Positions 1-11,267 of a stretch of DNA of 64,000 bases are shown one piece after another. The notes below the pieces were generated by a model that saw nothing but the letters and a program-made list of their open reading frames with translations, did not search any database and was not told where the DNA came from. The stretch's first letter is position 1, and each line of letters starts with the position of its first letter. Source of the DNA: Balanoglossus misakiensis (taxonomy: Eukaryota; Animalia; Hemichordata); NCBI GenBank assembly GCA_040954595.2, contig CM082577.2, forward strand, positions 18,264,303 to 18,328,302, given 5' to 3'. The translations under genes were made by a program, and so were the position numbers.

Positions 1-836
1 GTAATTAAAGCTGCAAGCAGCATTGTCCGGGCCCAAGCTCTATTATCTGATCTGATTATTAGATATGCACATAATTAATGAGTAGAAACATAATGCTGTG
101 TTTTATCCCATGAAATATCAAGGTTATATCTATGTTTGGTGTTGATATAGTGTTAAGTAGGTCAAAGGTCACCCAGAGGTCACCCAAAATTTTGCAGAAA
201 ATTTTGACCCATATAGGTCCATGTTCAACAAAAACCAGACCTCTAGCCCATTTGGTTAGCCCGGAATTAGGTATGCACATAATTAATGAGTTAAGCAGGT
301 GTCACAGGTGACCAAAAACTTTGGTTTTTCATTATGGCCCCATACCTCCAAACGCCATGGCTGTATCTGCTGTAGATGTCGACATATGCAAAAGTAGGTC
401 AAAGGTCACCCGAGGTCACCCAACATTTGGGCAAAATATTTTGACCCCATACTGGTCCATGTATAACAAAAACAAAACCTCTAGGTCTATTGGTTCATCT
501 GTAATTAGGTATGTGCATATTTAATGAGGTCAGCAGAGGTCAAAGGGGTCATGAAAAGTAGCAAAATTTTTTGATCACATACAAATCCACACACATCAAA
601 AACCAAACTTATAGCCCTATAGGTTAGCCTGGAATTAGATGTGCAGAAAAAAACGATGTGTCAAAAGTAGGTCAAAGGTCATTGCCAAAATTGCCAAAAT
701 ATTTGGGGTAGGTCCTGGCAGGGGTGATACCAATGTGCACAAAAATCAGAACTCTGGTACATTTAGAACAGGTAGTATGAGCTATATATGCATATATGCA
801 GGTTCTTAAACAAGTAGGTCAAAGGTCATGTGAAAA
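1..836 (+). repeat. Interspersed/satellite-like repeat of ~240-bp units carrying AGGTCAAAGGTCA (same family as 50612-52595 and 61958-64000)
   Basis: Begins ATTAAAGCTGCAAGCAGC and is near-identical to 51703-52520. Recurrent GTAGGTCAAAGGTCAC and GGAATTAGGTATGCACATAATTAATGAG motifs. Confidence 0.85.
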
Positions 837-839
837 TTG

Positions 840-1055
840 TTATCATTATTTTATAGAAAATTAATGTCTTTTAAAAAATACGTAAGTAACACAAAAAACT
901 GGTGGTTCAAAAGACAACGAGTGTAAATGTAATCCGTCGTGGAGTAAAAAAAAACCTTACACACAGAAGAAAATATCACCTATTGTCAAAAAACACACAC
1001 CAAGCTTACCAAAATCACGCCCATAAGGCAGTTGCACAAAACAAATCACTCATTT
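840..1055. repeat. Arm of an old inverted-repeat element; its partner is ~3390-3720 plus the inverted 5859-5932
   Basis: 940-1055 is the reverse complement of ~3395-3520. 840-915 matches 5859-5932 joined to the reverse complement of 3700-3720. Confidence 0.55.
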
Positions 1056-2689
1056 AATTAATGCTAATTATTTTCCGACAATTAGCAACGCCCGAGTCAT
1101 TGCTCCGGCCTATCAGTAGTATGTCGCGTAAGGTGATTGACTTTAACGACGTCAGCGTCAAGACCATGTGGTGACCTCGTTGCTGTGACATTGCATTTTG
1201 AGTTCTATTGACATGCAGATCAGACCAAGACTGCATGGCCAGACCCAGTGTGAGAGTCTATCTAAAACCCACTGGGTATGGAGACCAGGCTACCAGGAAA
1301 CATGAAATTTGTAGCATAATCATCTGTGTTGTAAGACAAATCTTAACCCCAAACGGCATAACTGAACGTAGCCCGTAACATAAGAGTTGGCATGGTGCCA
1401 ACAACTTTCTTGTTCAGTACTAGCGAACTATGCAAACAATCAGTTCAGTTTAGACAACTTATAAATAAGAAAAACATTTATTTTATTTATAACCTGTTTG
1501 TTATTTGTTGTATTTTTCAATGTGAGGTATGAATGACCTTCGGGAAATCGTTGTCATGTGGTATATATTATGCACCGCAAATCGTGTGTTTACATTCGGC
1601 AGGTAAAATGTCAAATACACCAAAGGAGTCGCTCAGTCATAGATTGTCTCCGCGTCATCCACGTTGGAACTCTGTGTACTGTACAAAATAATATGGAAAG
1701 TTACTGTACGTTTCAGCGTAACAGGTTACAGCAGGAGTTGTATAATAATGACAGTTGTTACACGAAACGCTTCGGTCATTTTGACGGTATCATGTATTTG
1801 TGGTCCTGAACGAGTGCCTTCACTTCCTTCACGAAAGAATCCCACAATGGCAGCCATATATTCGCGTCCACCACAGTAACCTTCAGCCGACTCGACTCCG
1901 TACGACCCAAACTCGACTACTCTAGCAAGATCTCTCACTTTTTTTTCAGCTAGGATTTTTTACTGTTTTTGTGGCGCATGCGCACTTTCCCCCCTATTTC
2001 TCTGATTTTAATCGGCGCATGCGCATTACGATTTTAAAATGCGTCAAGTTGTTAAAGCCTATTATTTGTTTAGCTCAGTCGTCCGTCAACATTTTTATTG
2101 GTTTTACTGGGTTTTTTCTTCTTTTTCTAGTGTAGTTTTTTTCAGCCACTAGGATCATGAAACCGGCTGAACCTACAAATGTCAACCTTGGCACAATGAT
2201 GCAGGCCTATTAGTGTCCTACATGCCAAATGTCAAGGCCGTGGGCCAAGTCTATTTTGAGAAGAAGACTTTTAAATATTATTGCCATGGGCCTATTCTTT
2301 CTATAGTTAAGCTATGACCGCCTATTATCATACATGCAACGCCTGTATTTGGCACTTTCTATTGCTCTCGCCCTGAAGATATTATACATTATTATACATC
2401 TGGCACGGAGAACAATAGAATTTAGCGTGCACTAAAAAAGCCGTACGGAACGGTACGTACGGAACGCGTGTTAAATACACCTTAAGTTTCAAGGCGCCCC
2501 AACTCACTGTGTACAGGTATGCGCTGTTATGCGGACGGTTTCAAGACACCCCCACTCCAACGCACGTAAACAAAAAAGAAAGATGGCTGCTCACTGAGTC
2601 AACTGAGCGGTTTTGTATCAGCATTTTGGGCGTTTTGAAAGCCAAGTAACATGCAACACAAGAACTAACAGAGATGTAGATGTATAATA

Positions 2690-2780
2690 ATAAGGTTATT
2701 ACGAAAATACCGCAAACTATGCACTCGGACTCGGCGCTAATGTCCCCGTGCATACTTTGAGGTATTTTCGTAATAACCTC
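2690..2780. repeat. Short palindromic MITE-like element (GGTTATTACGAAAATA...TATTTTCGTAATAACC)
   Basis: Inverted arms seen directly. A collapsed copy of the same palindrome lies at ~39876-39907. Confidence 0.5.
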
Positions 2781-3720
2781 ATAGTATTTCACTTGGTGAA
2801 ATACCGCCTCCGCGTCTCGAACTATTTTTGAGAACGTGCTGAAATCATCACACAGCAGTGTTGACTCAGTGATCGGCACGACAGTTCGCTGCGCGCGCGA
2901 GCGACATACGGGGCATAGGACTCTAGTGAAGAAGGGTGTTGTAAAATTCGGTTATTAGAAGCTGTAATAAAGTTTTCAAAGCTGGCGGTTTTGTCATGTT
3001 GAATGTCTCATTTTTACTTCTTCGGAATTCTCAATGCGAAACAATTGTTAACATGATATTTTGAAAGAGAACGCAGACAATTTTATTTAGAATGCGGATG
3101 TGCCCATCGTAATGAAAGCTGCCAACCCCCTTAGAATAATATTACGGCCTACACGTTGATCACCTGATCGCATCTCCCTGTCTCACTTGGCTATGGGCCA
3201 CTGTGATCCCAGGGCGCCCGGTTCAAATTTCTGGCCGTGAAATTGTTTTTCTCGTCACATTTTCGCAAATCGTACTGTTTTTATAGGTAGGCATGTATGA
3301 TAAAGGGGTTATTACACTAATTTTGGTCGATAACGCGACGCATGTTTAGGGGTGAAGTGTGCTTTTTTCGTGAAAATGTGCGCCCCATTTTTTGTGACAA
3401 ATGAGTGATTTTTTTGTGCAATTCCCTTGTGGGCGTGATTTTTTGGTAAGCTTGGTGAGTTTTTTGACAATAGGTGAGATTTGCTTTCTTTTTTTTGTTT
3501 TTGTTTTGTTTTTGACTCCACGAAAGATTACATATTCATGAGGAAAACCCTGTGCACAAACTCCTTTGGTAGACAGTGATTAACATAACAATGACAAAGT
3601 GTGACTGATATTTGTACTCCAATAAACAACCAACATTTTTCTATACAATTTTGTGTTCAGTGTGTTGACCGAGATGTTCACACTTCAGTTATAATCCCCT
3701 AACGGCGGTCTTTGGACCAC

Positions 3721-4647
3721 CATAGACCCTAGAGAAAGAAGGACGCGCAACTCCAGGTTTTTCTTGAAACGATGTTCTTTTGCATACATAATTTTCGGAT
3801 AATCCCCAATAATCCAATTTGCAAATAAACTATGTATAAACTAACGCAAAGTCTCGCGTTTTGCGAGAAAAGACGAGAAAACTGCAACGTGGTTGAACTG
3901 CAGCGATCATTTATGGAACACATCTGGACAACTTAAACACGAATTTGGCACTTCTGAGTCTGACAGCGTCCAAAACAAGCATCTTTTGTCTAACAGTCCC
4001 GGTATTTGACAAGGCTGTGATCTAACCGTACCTAGGGTTTCCTGTCGTTGTCAACCATGAAAAACCAAGATGGCGGCCATAGCGCACACGTGAAAATCCA
4101 CAAAGTTTGTTTACAAATTGTTTTCGTGAAATCTGTTTCATTGTTCACGCACTGCGAAATAAAATGCCCCTAAACCACAATTTTTGTTTCAATGCTTCAC
4201 GCAAACATAAAATTATTACGAAAAGTGTCAGCATTACCAAGAAGTATGAGTGCCCAGTCGGACATGCAAAAAACATGGATGATTTGTTTACAATTTTTAA
4301 ATGAAGCCTGTGGCACTAGAAATGACCGTTCAACCGACAGACGAACACCAAACCATAATAAATAGCACAGAAAACGTAATACTTTTTGAATTTTAGAAAA
4401 AAACGCAGTGGCTGCTGAAATATAGGAGTGCCAGTTTTGGTTACTGTCGCGCATCACAGAGTTGCGTTTATTTCTTTGGTGATATGTTAATGATATGCTA
4501 ATGACATCGACGCGTGCCAAAGTGGAGATTCACGCATGCCACCGTCCTAGGTGTTAATTGTATGCAAAAGAACATAGTCATACCGATAATCCCCAAACCC
4601 TTTGATCTTTGCCGCAGTTGCGCGTCCTTCTTTCTCTAGGGTCTATG
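3721..4647 (+). mobile_element. Non-autonomous TIR DNA transposon (MITE), CAT...ATG termini, 7-bp TSD (P-like), copy 1
   Basis: TIR CATAGACCCTAGAGAAAGAAGGACGCGCAACT at both ends. Near-identical inverted copy at 5933-6856. Flanks are GGACCAC (left) and CCTAGAC (right). Confidence 0.9.
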
Positions 4648-5680
4648 CCTAGACAAGCCTACTTAATGCTGTATAACCTGGACTCCCTAGGTAGACATAC
4701 ATGGGCAACGTCAATTAAGCAAATTCTTTTTTCTTATGGTTTTGGCTACGCTTGGGTAGCACAAGAAATAGGCAACAAAAATGTATTTTTGACAGCTTTT
4801 GAGTCACGTTTATCAGATATTTTAAAACAGCAATGGAAATGTAATATTTCACTGAAACCCAAATTACGTACTTACATACAGTGTAAAAGTTTACTGGAAC
4901 CAGAAAAATACCTCCATCTCAGTTGTAGCCGCAACATGTTACAGACTTTTGCTTGCTTTTGTGGTTCCTCGCTTCCTCTCGCAATAGGGGAAGGGAGACA
5001 CCAGAACATACCCCCTCGAGCCAGACTTTGTAAACTCTGTACAAGTGGAAGTGTTGAAGACGAATACCACTTTTTATTGATCTGTCCATTGTACAATGAT
5101 CTCAGGAAACAGTTTCTACCAGGTCAAATAATTAGAGATCCAAATATTATGAAATTCCACTTGCTTTCCTTTTTCCTCGCTTCCTCTCGCAATAGAGGAA
5201 GGGAGACACCTGAACATACCCCCTCGAGCCAGACTTTGTAAACTCTGTACAAGTGGAAGTGTTGAGGACGAATACCACTTTTTATTGATCTGTCCATTGT
5301 ACAATGATCTCAGGAAACAGTTTCTACCAGGTCAAATAATTAGAGATCCAAATATTATGAAATTCCACAAAATAATGAGAGAGACGAACTCCACAGAAAT
5401 GTTTAAACTTTGTAGTTTTGTACATAAAGCTTTTCAACGGAGAAATGATATTCTGAACTCTTCAGCGATTGTATAAACTTCAGAAATCTTATGCGAGACC
5501 CTGTATTTAATAGTGTATTGACAACATATGTATCTGTGAAACAGAATAGTTGCTTATGTTGTACTTTAATTTGAGCGAAAAGTATCTTGCAAGAATTTAA
5601 CAAATAACCTCTTGTATATGGGCTTGAGGCCTTGAAATACAAATAAATGTGCACATATGTGCACTCATTCATTCCATAAA
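4648..5680 (+). pseudogene. Inverted 3' end of a CR1/L2-type LINE ORF2 (post-RT region, CCHC finger, 3' UTR)
   Basis: Reads PRQAYLML...KPKLRTY...RLCKLCTSGSVEDEYHFLLICPLY and continues in frame the minus-strand RT ending at 6857 (...WVKLTEMSSERLPR). Contains a 208-bp tandem duplication (4953-5368). AATAAA plus CATT tail at ~5642-5672. Confidence 0.85.
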
Positions 5681-5932
5681 ACAAATACAACATATATTGA
5701 CAAGCAGATTGAGAATATATGATATTTTAACTTGCTTCAATAAGAGTAACAAATAAATTATGTTAAAGTAGAAGTTTAACGAATAACGTGAATTTTATAT
5801 GCCGCTGACTTCGCTAACTGTGTTAAACAACGGCTCGCCAAGTGTTTCAAAATTATTTATCATTATTTTATAGAAAATTGATGTCTTTTAACAAACAATT
5901 ACGTAAATAACACAAAAACTGATTGGTGGTCC

Positions 5933-6856
5933 CATAGACCCTAGAGAAAGAAGGACGCGCAACTGCAGCAAAGATCAAAGGGTTTGGGGATTATCGGTAT
6001 GACGATGTTCTTTTGCATATAATTAACACCTAGGACGGTGGCACGCTTGAATCTCCACTTTGGCACGCGTCGATGTCATTAGCATATCATTAACATATCA
6101 CCAAAAAAATAAACGCAACTCTGTGATGCGCGACAGTAACCAAAACTGGCACTCCTATATTTCAGCAGCCACTGCGTTTTTTTCTAAAATTCAAAAAGTA
6201 TTACGTTTTCTGTGCTATTTATTATGGTTTGGTGTTCGTCTGTCGGTTGAACGGTCATTTCTAGTGCCACAGGCTTCATTTAAAAATTGTAAACAAATCA
6301 TCCATGTTTTTTGCATGTCCGACTGGGCACTCATACTTCTTGGTAATGCTGACACTTTTCGTAATAATTTTGTTTGCGTGAAGCATTGAAACAAAAATTG
6401 TGGTTTAGGGGCATTTTATTTCGCAGTGCGTGAACAATGAAACAGATTTCACGAAAACAATTTGTAAACAAACTTTGTGGATTTTCACGTGTGCGCTATG
6501 GCCGCCATCTTGGTTTTTCATGGTTGACAACGACATGAAACCCTAGGTACGGTTAGCTCACAGCCTTGTCAAATACCGGGACTGTTAGACAAAAGATGCT
6601 TGTTTTGGACGCTGTCAGACTCAGAAGTGCCAAATTCGTGTTTAGTTGTCCAGATGTGTTCCATAAATGATCGCTGCAGTTCAACCACGTTGCAGTTTTC
6701 TCGTCTTTTCTCGCAATACGCGAGACTTTGCGTTAGTTTATACATAGTTTATTTGCAAATTGGATTATTGGGGATTATCCGAAAATAATGTATGCAAAAG
6801 AACATCGTTTCAAGAAAAACCTGGAGTTGCGCGTCCTTCTTTCTCTAGGGTCTATG
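5933..6856 (-). mobile_element. MITE copy 2, inverted relative to 3721-4647
   Basis: Same TIRs and internal sequence in reverse orientation. Flanks are GTGGTCC (left) and GTCTAGG (right). Confidence 0.9.
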
Positions 6857-9800
6857 GTCTAGGGAGTCTTTCTGAGGACATTTCTGTAAGTTTAACCCAA
6901 TAATGAATGCAGCGCTTTACAGTATGAAAGAAAATTGGCAGTCTACCACATTCGCCTGTTAAGCTTCATTCGCTGTTTGAATCGGAACCCCTAGTAATTG
7001 TTTACACCTTGTCCTCTGTACCTTTTCTATGGCATCGTACATCTGAAATCCCCAAATCTCAGAACCATAACAAAGAATCGGTAAAATCATTGTATCGAAC
7101 GTTTTGAAATGGGTATGGAAAGTAAGGTACTATAGTTTCCATCTAGCAACCGACAGGATATTCAACGCGTTGCTAGCTTGATTTGCTAGCGTATAGACAG
7201 CTTTGGACCAGGTGTTACGTGATGACAGAAATAATCCTAAGTACTTATAGTAAGACACAATCTCAATCGGAACATTCCCAAAGTGCCATTTTTCCCTTCC
7301 TGCTCTATGGCCTCCTTTGCGGAAAATAACAATGTTTGTTTTATCTAAGTTATCCTTCATACGGCACTTGGCGCAGAACTGAAAAAGGATGTCTATTAAA
7401 TTCTGCAAATTTTTTACAGAGTCAGCGAAAATGACCACATCATCAGCGTACAACAAACAGAAAAGATCGTAAATGTCTTGTGTCAACTGTATGCCCATTT
7501 GTCCAGATAACATTAACATTACATTCAGTTCCTCGATAAAGAGGCTAAGTAACAAAGGACTGAGAATACAGCCTTGCCGAACACCGGCTGGGCAATCAAA
7601 ATATTCCAGCTCTTACACAAGACTTGATATTAACATACATCGACTGTAAGATATTATACATTTTATCCATTGACATAAGTTTATAAAGGAGGAGTGAGTG
7701 ATTCACCCTGTCAAAGGCTTTGGAGAAATCTACAAATAAACAATAGAATTTCCCACGTCTGACGCTCAGATGCTTCTGGATAACAGCGTGCAGAACAAAA
7801 ATATTATCGGTGGTGCTGTGATTTTTCCTGAACCCTGCCTGACAGTCTGAAAGGACATTAATTTGGTCTGACCATTGTCTTAGCCTATCATTCAAAATTG
7901 ATGTAAAAATCTTCCCCAGAGTATTCAGGAGCGAAATACCCCTATAATTGTTGACATCGCCTTTGTCACCTTTTTGAGTAAAGGGATAACTATGGCCACC
8001 ATCCATTCTGGCGGATAGACTCCAGAAACAAAAATACAATTAAAAATCTCAACAAGCAAAGGCAAAATTACATCAGATGAATATTGGTAAAACTCGTTAG
8101 GCAGTCCGTCTAGGCCTGGAGCTTTGCCCAGTTTTAGCTTTTTAGCTCTGCTGTCACTTGTGTCAGCCGAGCTGTAGCAGTAGGTTGATAAGTGTCCGTC
8201 CGTCGTCCGTCAACTTTTGGTATTTCAATCTTCTTCTTTAAAACAACTTGGCATATTTAGCTGAAATTTGGTTGGAATGTGTGTTATGGTGCCCTTACCT
8301 GATTTTGTTAATTTGGATATGATGGGGTCATAAATATGCAAATTAGATCTAAAAATAGAATTTTTGGTAAAAAATCTTCTGCTCCCTAACTACATGTACG
8401 ATGGAGCTGAAATTTGGTAGGAATGTGTGTTATGGTGCCCCTACCTGATTTTGTTAATTGGAATTGTGATGGGGTCATGAATATGCCAATAAGAACCTTG
8501 GTGCTTCCTTTTGATGTTGTTCTTTAGGATTCAATTCTTTCTTTCTTTAGCACAATGAATCAAGCTTAATTTGGATAAATACTTGTGATGTCTATGTTTG
8601 GTTTTGTTCAATAGAATACAATTGTTATTAATTAAAACCTATTCATATCATTGCCCAGGTTACACTGTTAAAGTCAGAAGAGCTCTTTTGACCGACAGGT
8701 CACTTGTTTAAACTCTTTAACACTTCACCGTCCGTGATTGGATAATTCAGATTGTTATCCAGTTCATCTTGTTCTTGTTCTTCATCTTGTTCTCACTGTT
8801 CTTGTCTTGAAAATTGTTCAACAGCTTCTTCCACTGTACATAGGAAGTCCAAATCTCCCGAATTTGCGTCGAGACAGTCCTTGTATAGAGAGCTGAAATA
8901 AGTGTACCAAGTGTCAATGCTCATTGGCAGCAGAGCCTTTCCCTTTGTAATTTACCACAGATTTTAAAATTGACCAAAATTCCCCAGGACTACTCGAAGC
9001 AGCTTCCTGAAACCTTTTTCTAATTGTATCCTGGAAGCTTATTTTCGAGTTTTACAGATTTGCTTGAAGTGCTTTTTGGCAGTTTTGTAATCATTCAGGT
9101 CGTCCATGGACCCAGTATTTCTGAAAATTTTAAGTTTGGCGTAAGTACAACGCTTAGCATTCTGACATGCCACACCACACCAAGATGGTTGGTTCAACCT
9201 ACAAACATTCCGTCGTGTGTACTGATGACGACCATCAACACCTGTTGTCTTGAGTGCTTCGTTTAACTTGGCAATGGAGGAACTAGCGCTTTGCCTGGCA
9301 CTTTCAAGTGTATGCGTAACCGATGGAGAAAGCAGATTTCTTTTGAACGAGGTTTTACACATCTCAGACATCTGAAAACGGACATAGTTGAAGATATATA
9401 GCGTCATCAGTACTATTCTTGGCATGGCTGTTTGCGACTTTCAGACAGTATATTTCAAAATGCATTGGGAAGTGCTCCGACTCAAGTCTTGGCAGGATCT
9501 CAAAATCATTTACATAATCAAATAAACGTGAAGACAACATTGTGTGATCAACAACGCTACAGCCATTGGACGTTACACATGTTATGTCCCCCTGCCTGTC
9601 ATTGGCTGTTCGACCGTTCACAAAGTGTACATCAAAATTCTTACATATGTTAATCAGACATTTACCCGCTTCATTAACAACATGGTCTTTGGAGTTCCTA
9701 TGAATTTGAAAAGTAGATGGACTATAAATAGAATCATCAAGTGGCAGGTGGTCAACAGAATCGTCTAAAATGAAATCATCTTCTGTACCTGTTCTGGGTT

Positions 9801-10240
9801 GAAATCACCGCCAATGATAAAATTTACACTATACAATTCAACCAGTTTGTTTTCGAAAGCCAATAAATGATCAAGAATGCAATCTGGTCTGAAATATCAA
9901 CAGCCAATTATCACATCTCTGTCCAACATGAACAAACCCTTTGTCAAAACGGAGAACAATACAATTTTCTCAATTGCTTTGTATTCTGCTAACTCTATCA
10001 GTAAAAGACTTCTTGACATACATGGCAGTGCCACCACTCGCACTTCCTCTAGTGTGACGTTTTTTCGCAGGTAATGTATACACATCATAGCTTTCCAAAA
10101 AAATCATCCTTATCTCTTTCCGTGCAAAATGTTTCTACCAAGCCTATTACATTGTACTTTGAACAAAGTGAAATGAACTCTGCGTTACCGGTTTTACCCT
10201 TCAAGCCTCTAACGTTCCATATCAGCAATGACAAGCTCAT
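6857..10240 (-). pseudogene. CR1/L2-group LINE ORF2 (APE endonuclease + reverse transcriptase), disrupted
   Basis: Motifs LIWNVRGL (EN start), NGCSVVDH and ESEH (EN end), KLGKAPGLDGL, NYRGISLL, QAGFR, FVDFSKAFD, LLYADD, YKYLG. Several frameshifts and an insertion at ~8142-8708. Confidence 0.9.
8142..8708 (+). mobile_element. Non-autonomous element inserted in a T-run of the LINE (Helentron/HINE-like)
   Basis: Starts TTTTTAGCTCTGCTGTCA...GAGCT followed by a CGTCCGTC microsatellite. The LINE frame (EVLKSLK|KLKLGKAPG) resumes across it. Related starts at ~2068, ~26040 (-) and ~56372. The superfamily assignment is an inference. Confidence 0.6.
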
Positions 10241-10268
10241 GCAGTTGAAATGGGCCTTGGCCACCTCC

Positions 10269-11267
10269 CTATGGTACTCGTGGTTGTACTGGCGCGATCG
10301 TTCCGGTGCTTTCATCCAGCATGTAGACTGTTTTCTTGCCATGTGTGTCCGTACTGATCAGCTTGTCGTATCTGACTTGAATTTTCAGTGTAGGGTTCTC
10401 TTCACTTAGCGTCTTCCGGAAAGCAAGCAAATTTGAGCGTACCATACGAATGTGTCTTGAGAAATCTTCGCCGATGCTCATATTAGGTTCTTTCAAATTC
10501 TTGGCCTTGGATAGAACTTTCGATTTGTCCTTATATTTCGCAAACATTGCCACGATCGGTTTGGCTTCCCTTATCTGTGGTGCGTTCTTGACTCGATGTA
10601 CACGTTCGAATTCGATTTCCTCAGTTATGCTCAAATTATTTTTCAGAATAGCTTTAACCTTTTCCTCTGAGGTGTCCCAATTTTCAGATGGATCATCTTG
10701 TTCGACGCCGTAGAAGACCAGATTGTTTCTTCTGCTTCGGTTTTCTAAATCATCATTTGCTTGTTTCAGAACTTCATTTTCTTTCCTCAGTTGATCAAGT
10801 GTCGTTTTGATTTCCTTTATCGATTCGTTGTTTGATTCCAGATTAGCCAGATTGGATGAATTGTGCTGCAGTTGTTCCCGCAGTTCTAGTATATCATCCT
10901 CGATGCCGTCCATTCTACTCTGGAGTGATTCTAACTTCTGACTCACATGTTGTGATTCCGTGATCAGTTTGTCCAGTTTTTCCATGACGCATACAATGTC
11001 CCCTTTCGTTGCTGGTTCCTTTCCTGAATCTGATGAACGAAGTTGTGTGCCAAGATTTCTTTCAACATTGCCTATTATGGCTAAAAGTCCGACGAGGCAA
11101 AGTCTTACGGACTGTGACATCTGGCAATTGAGAAGTGGAATGACGAGAGCGGCCATCTTTGTTGGTTTCCTTTGTCTTGTTGGGTTGCCACCAGCAAAAC
11201 TTCCAATTTTGGCTCGAAATTGCGCTATATCTACACCAATACCTTGTGAAAGTGATGAGATGCACAC
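10269..11267 (-). CDS. LINE ORF1p (coiled coil + L1/Transposase_22-like RRM), CR1/L2-type
   Basis: Long heptad coiled coil, then LENRSRRNNLVFYGV, IEFERVHRV, KPIVAMF, SIGEDFS. Lies directly upstream of ORF2 on the same strand. Confidence 0.85.
   Translation of the reverse strand: MCISSLSQGIGVDIAQFRAKIGSFAGGNPTRQRKPTKMAALVIPLLNCQMSQSVRLCLVGLLAIIGNVERNLGTQLRSSDSGKEPATKGDIVCVMEKLDKLITESQHVSQKLESLQSRMDGIEDDILELREQLQHNSSNLANLESNNESIKEIKTTLDQLRKENEVLKQANDDLENRSRRNNLVFYGVEQDDPSENWDTSEEKVKAILKNNLSITEEIEFERVHRVKNAPQIREAKPIVAMFAKYKDKSKVLSKAKNLKEPNMSIGEDFSRHIRMVRSNLLAFRKTLSEENPTLKIQVRYDKLISTDTHGKKTVYMLDESTGTIAPVQPRVP

Noticed and set aside
3185-3245. Possible tRNA gene (GGTTCAAAT B-box-like motif)
   Set aside because: No convincing cloverleaf or A-box spacing; at most a SINE remnant.
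4197-6389. Duplicated 107/109-aa ORFs (MARVDVISIS...)
   Set aside because: They are the internal sequence of the two MITE copies, start at TTG, and show no protein-family features.
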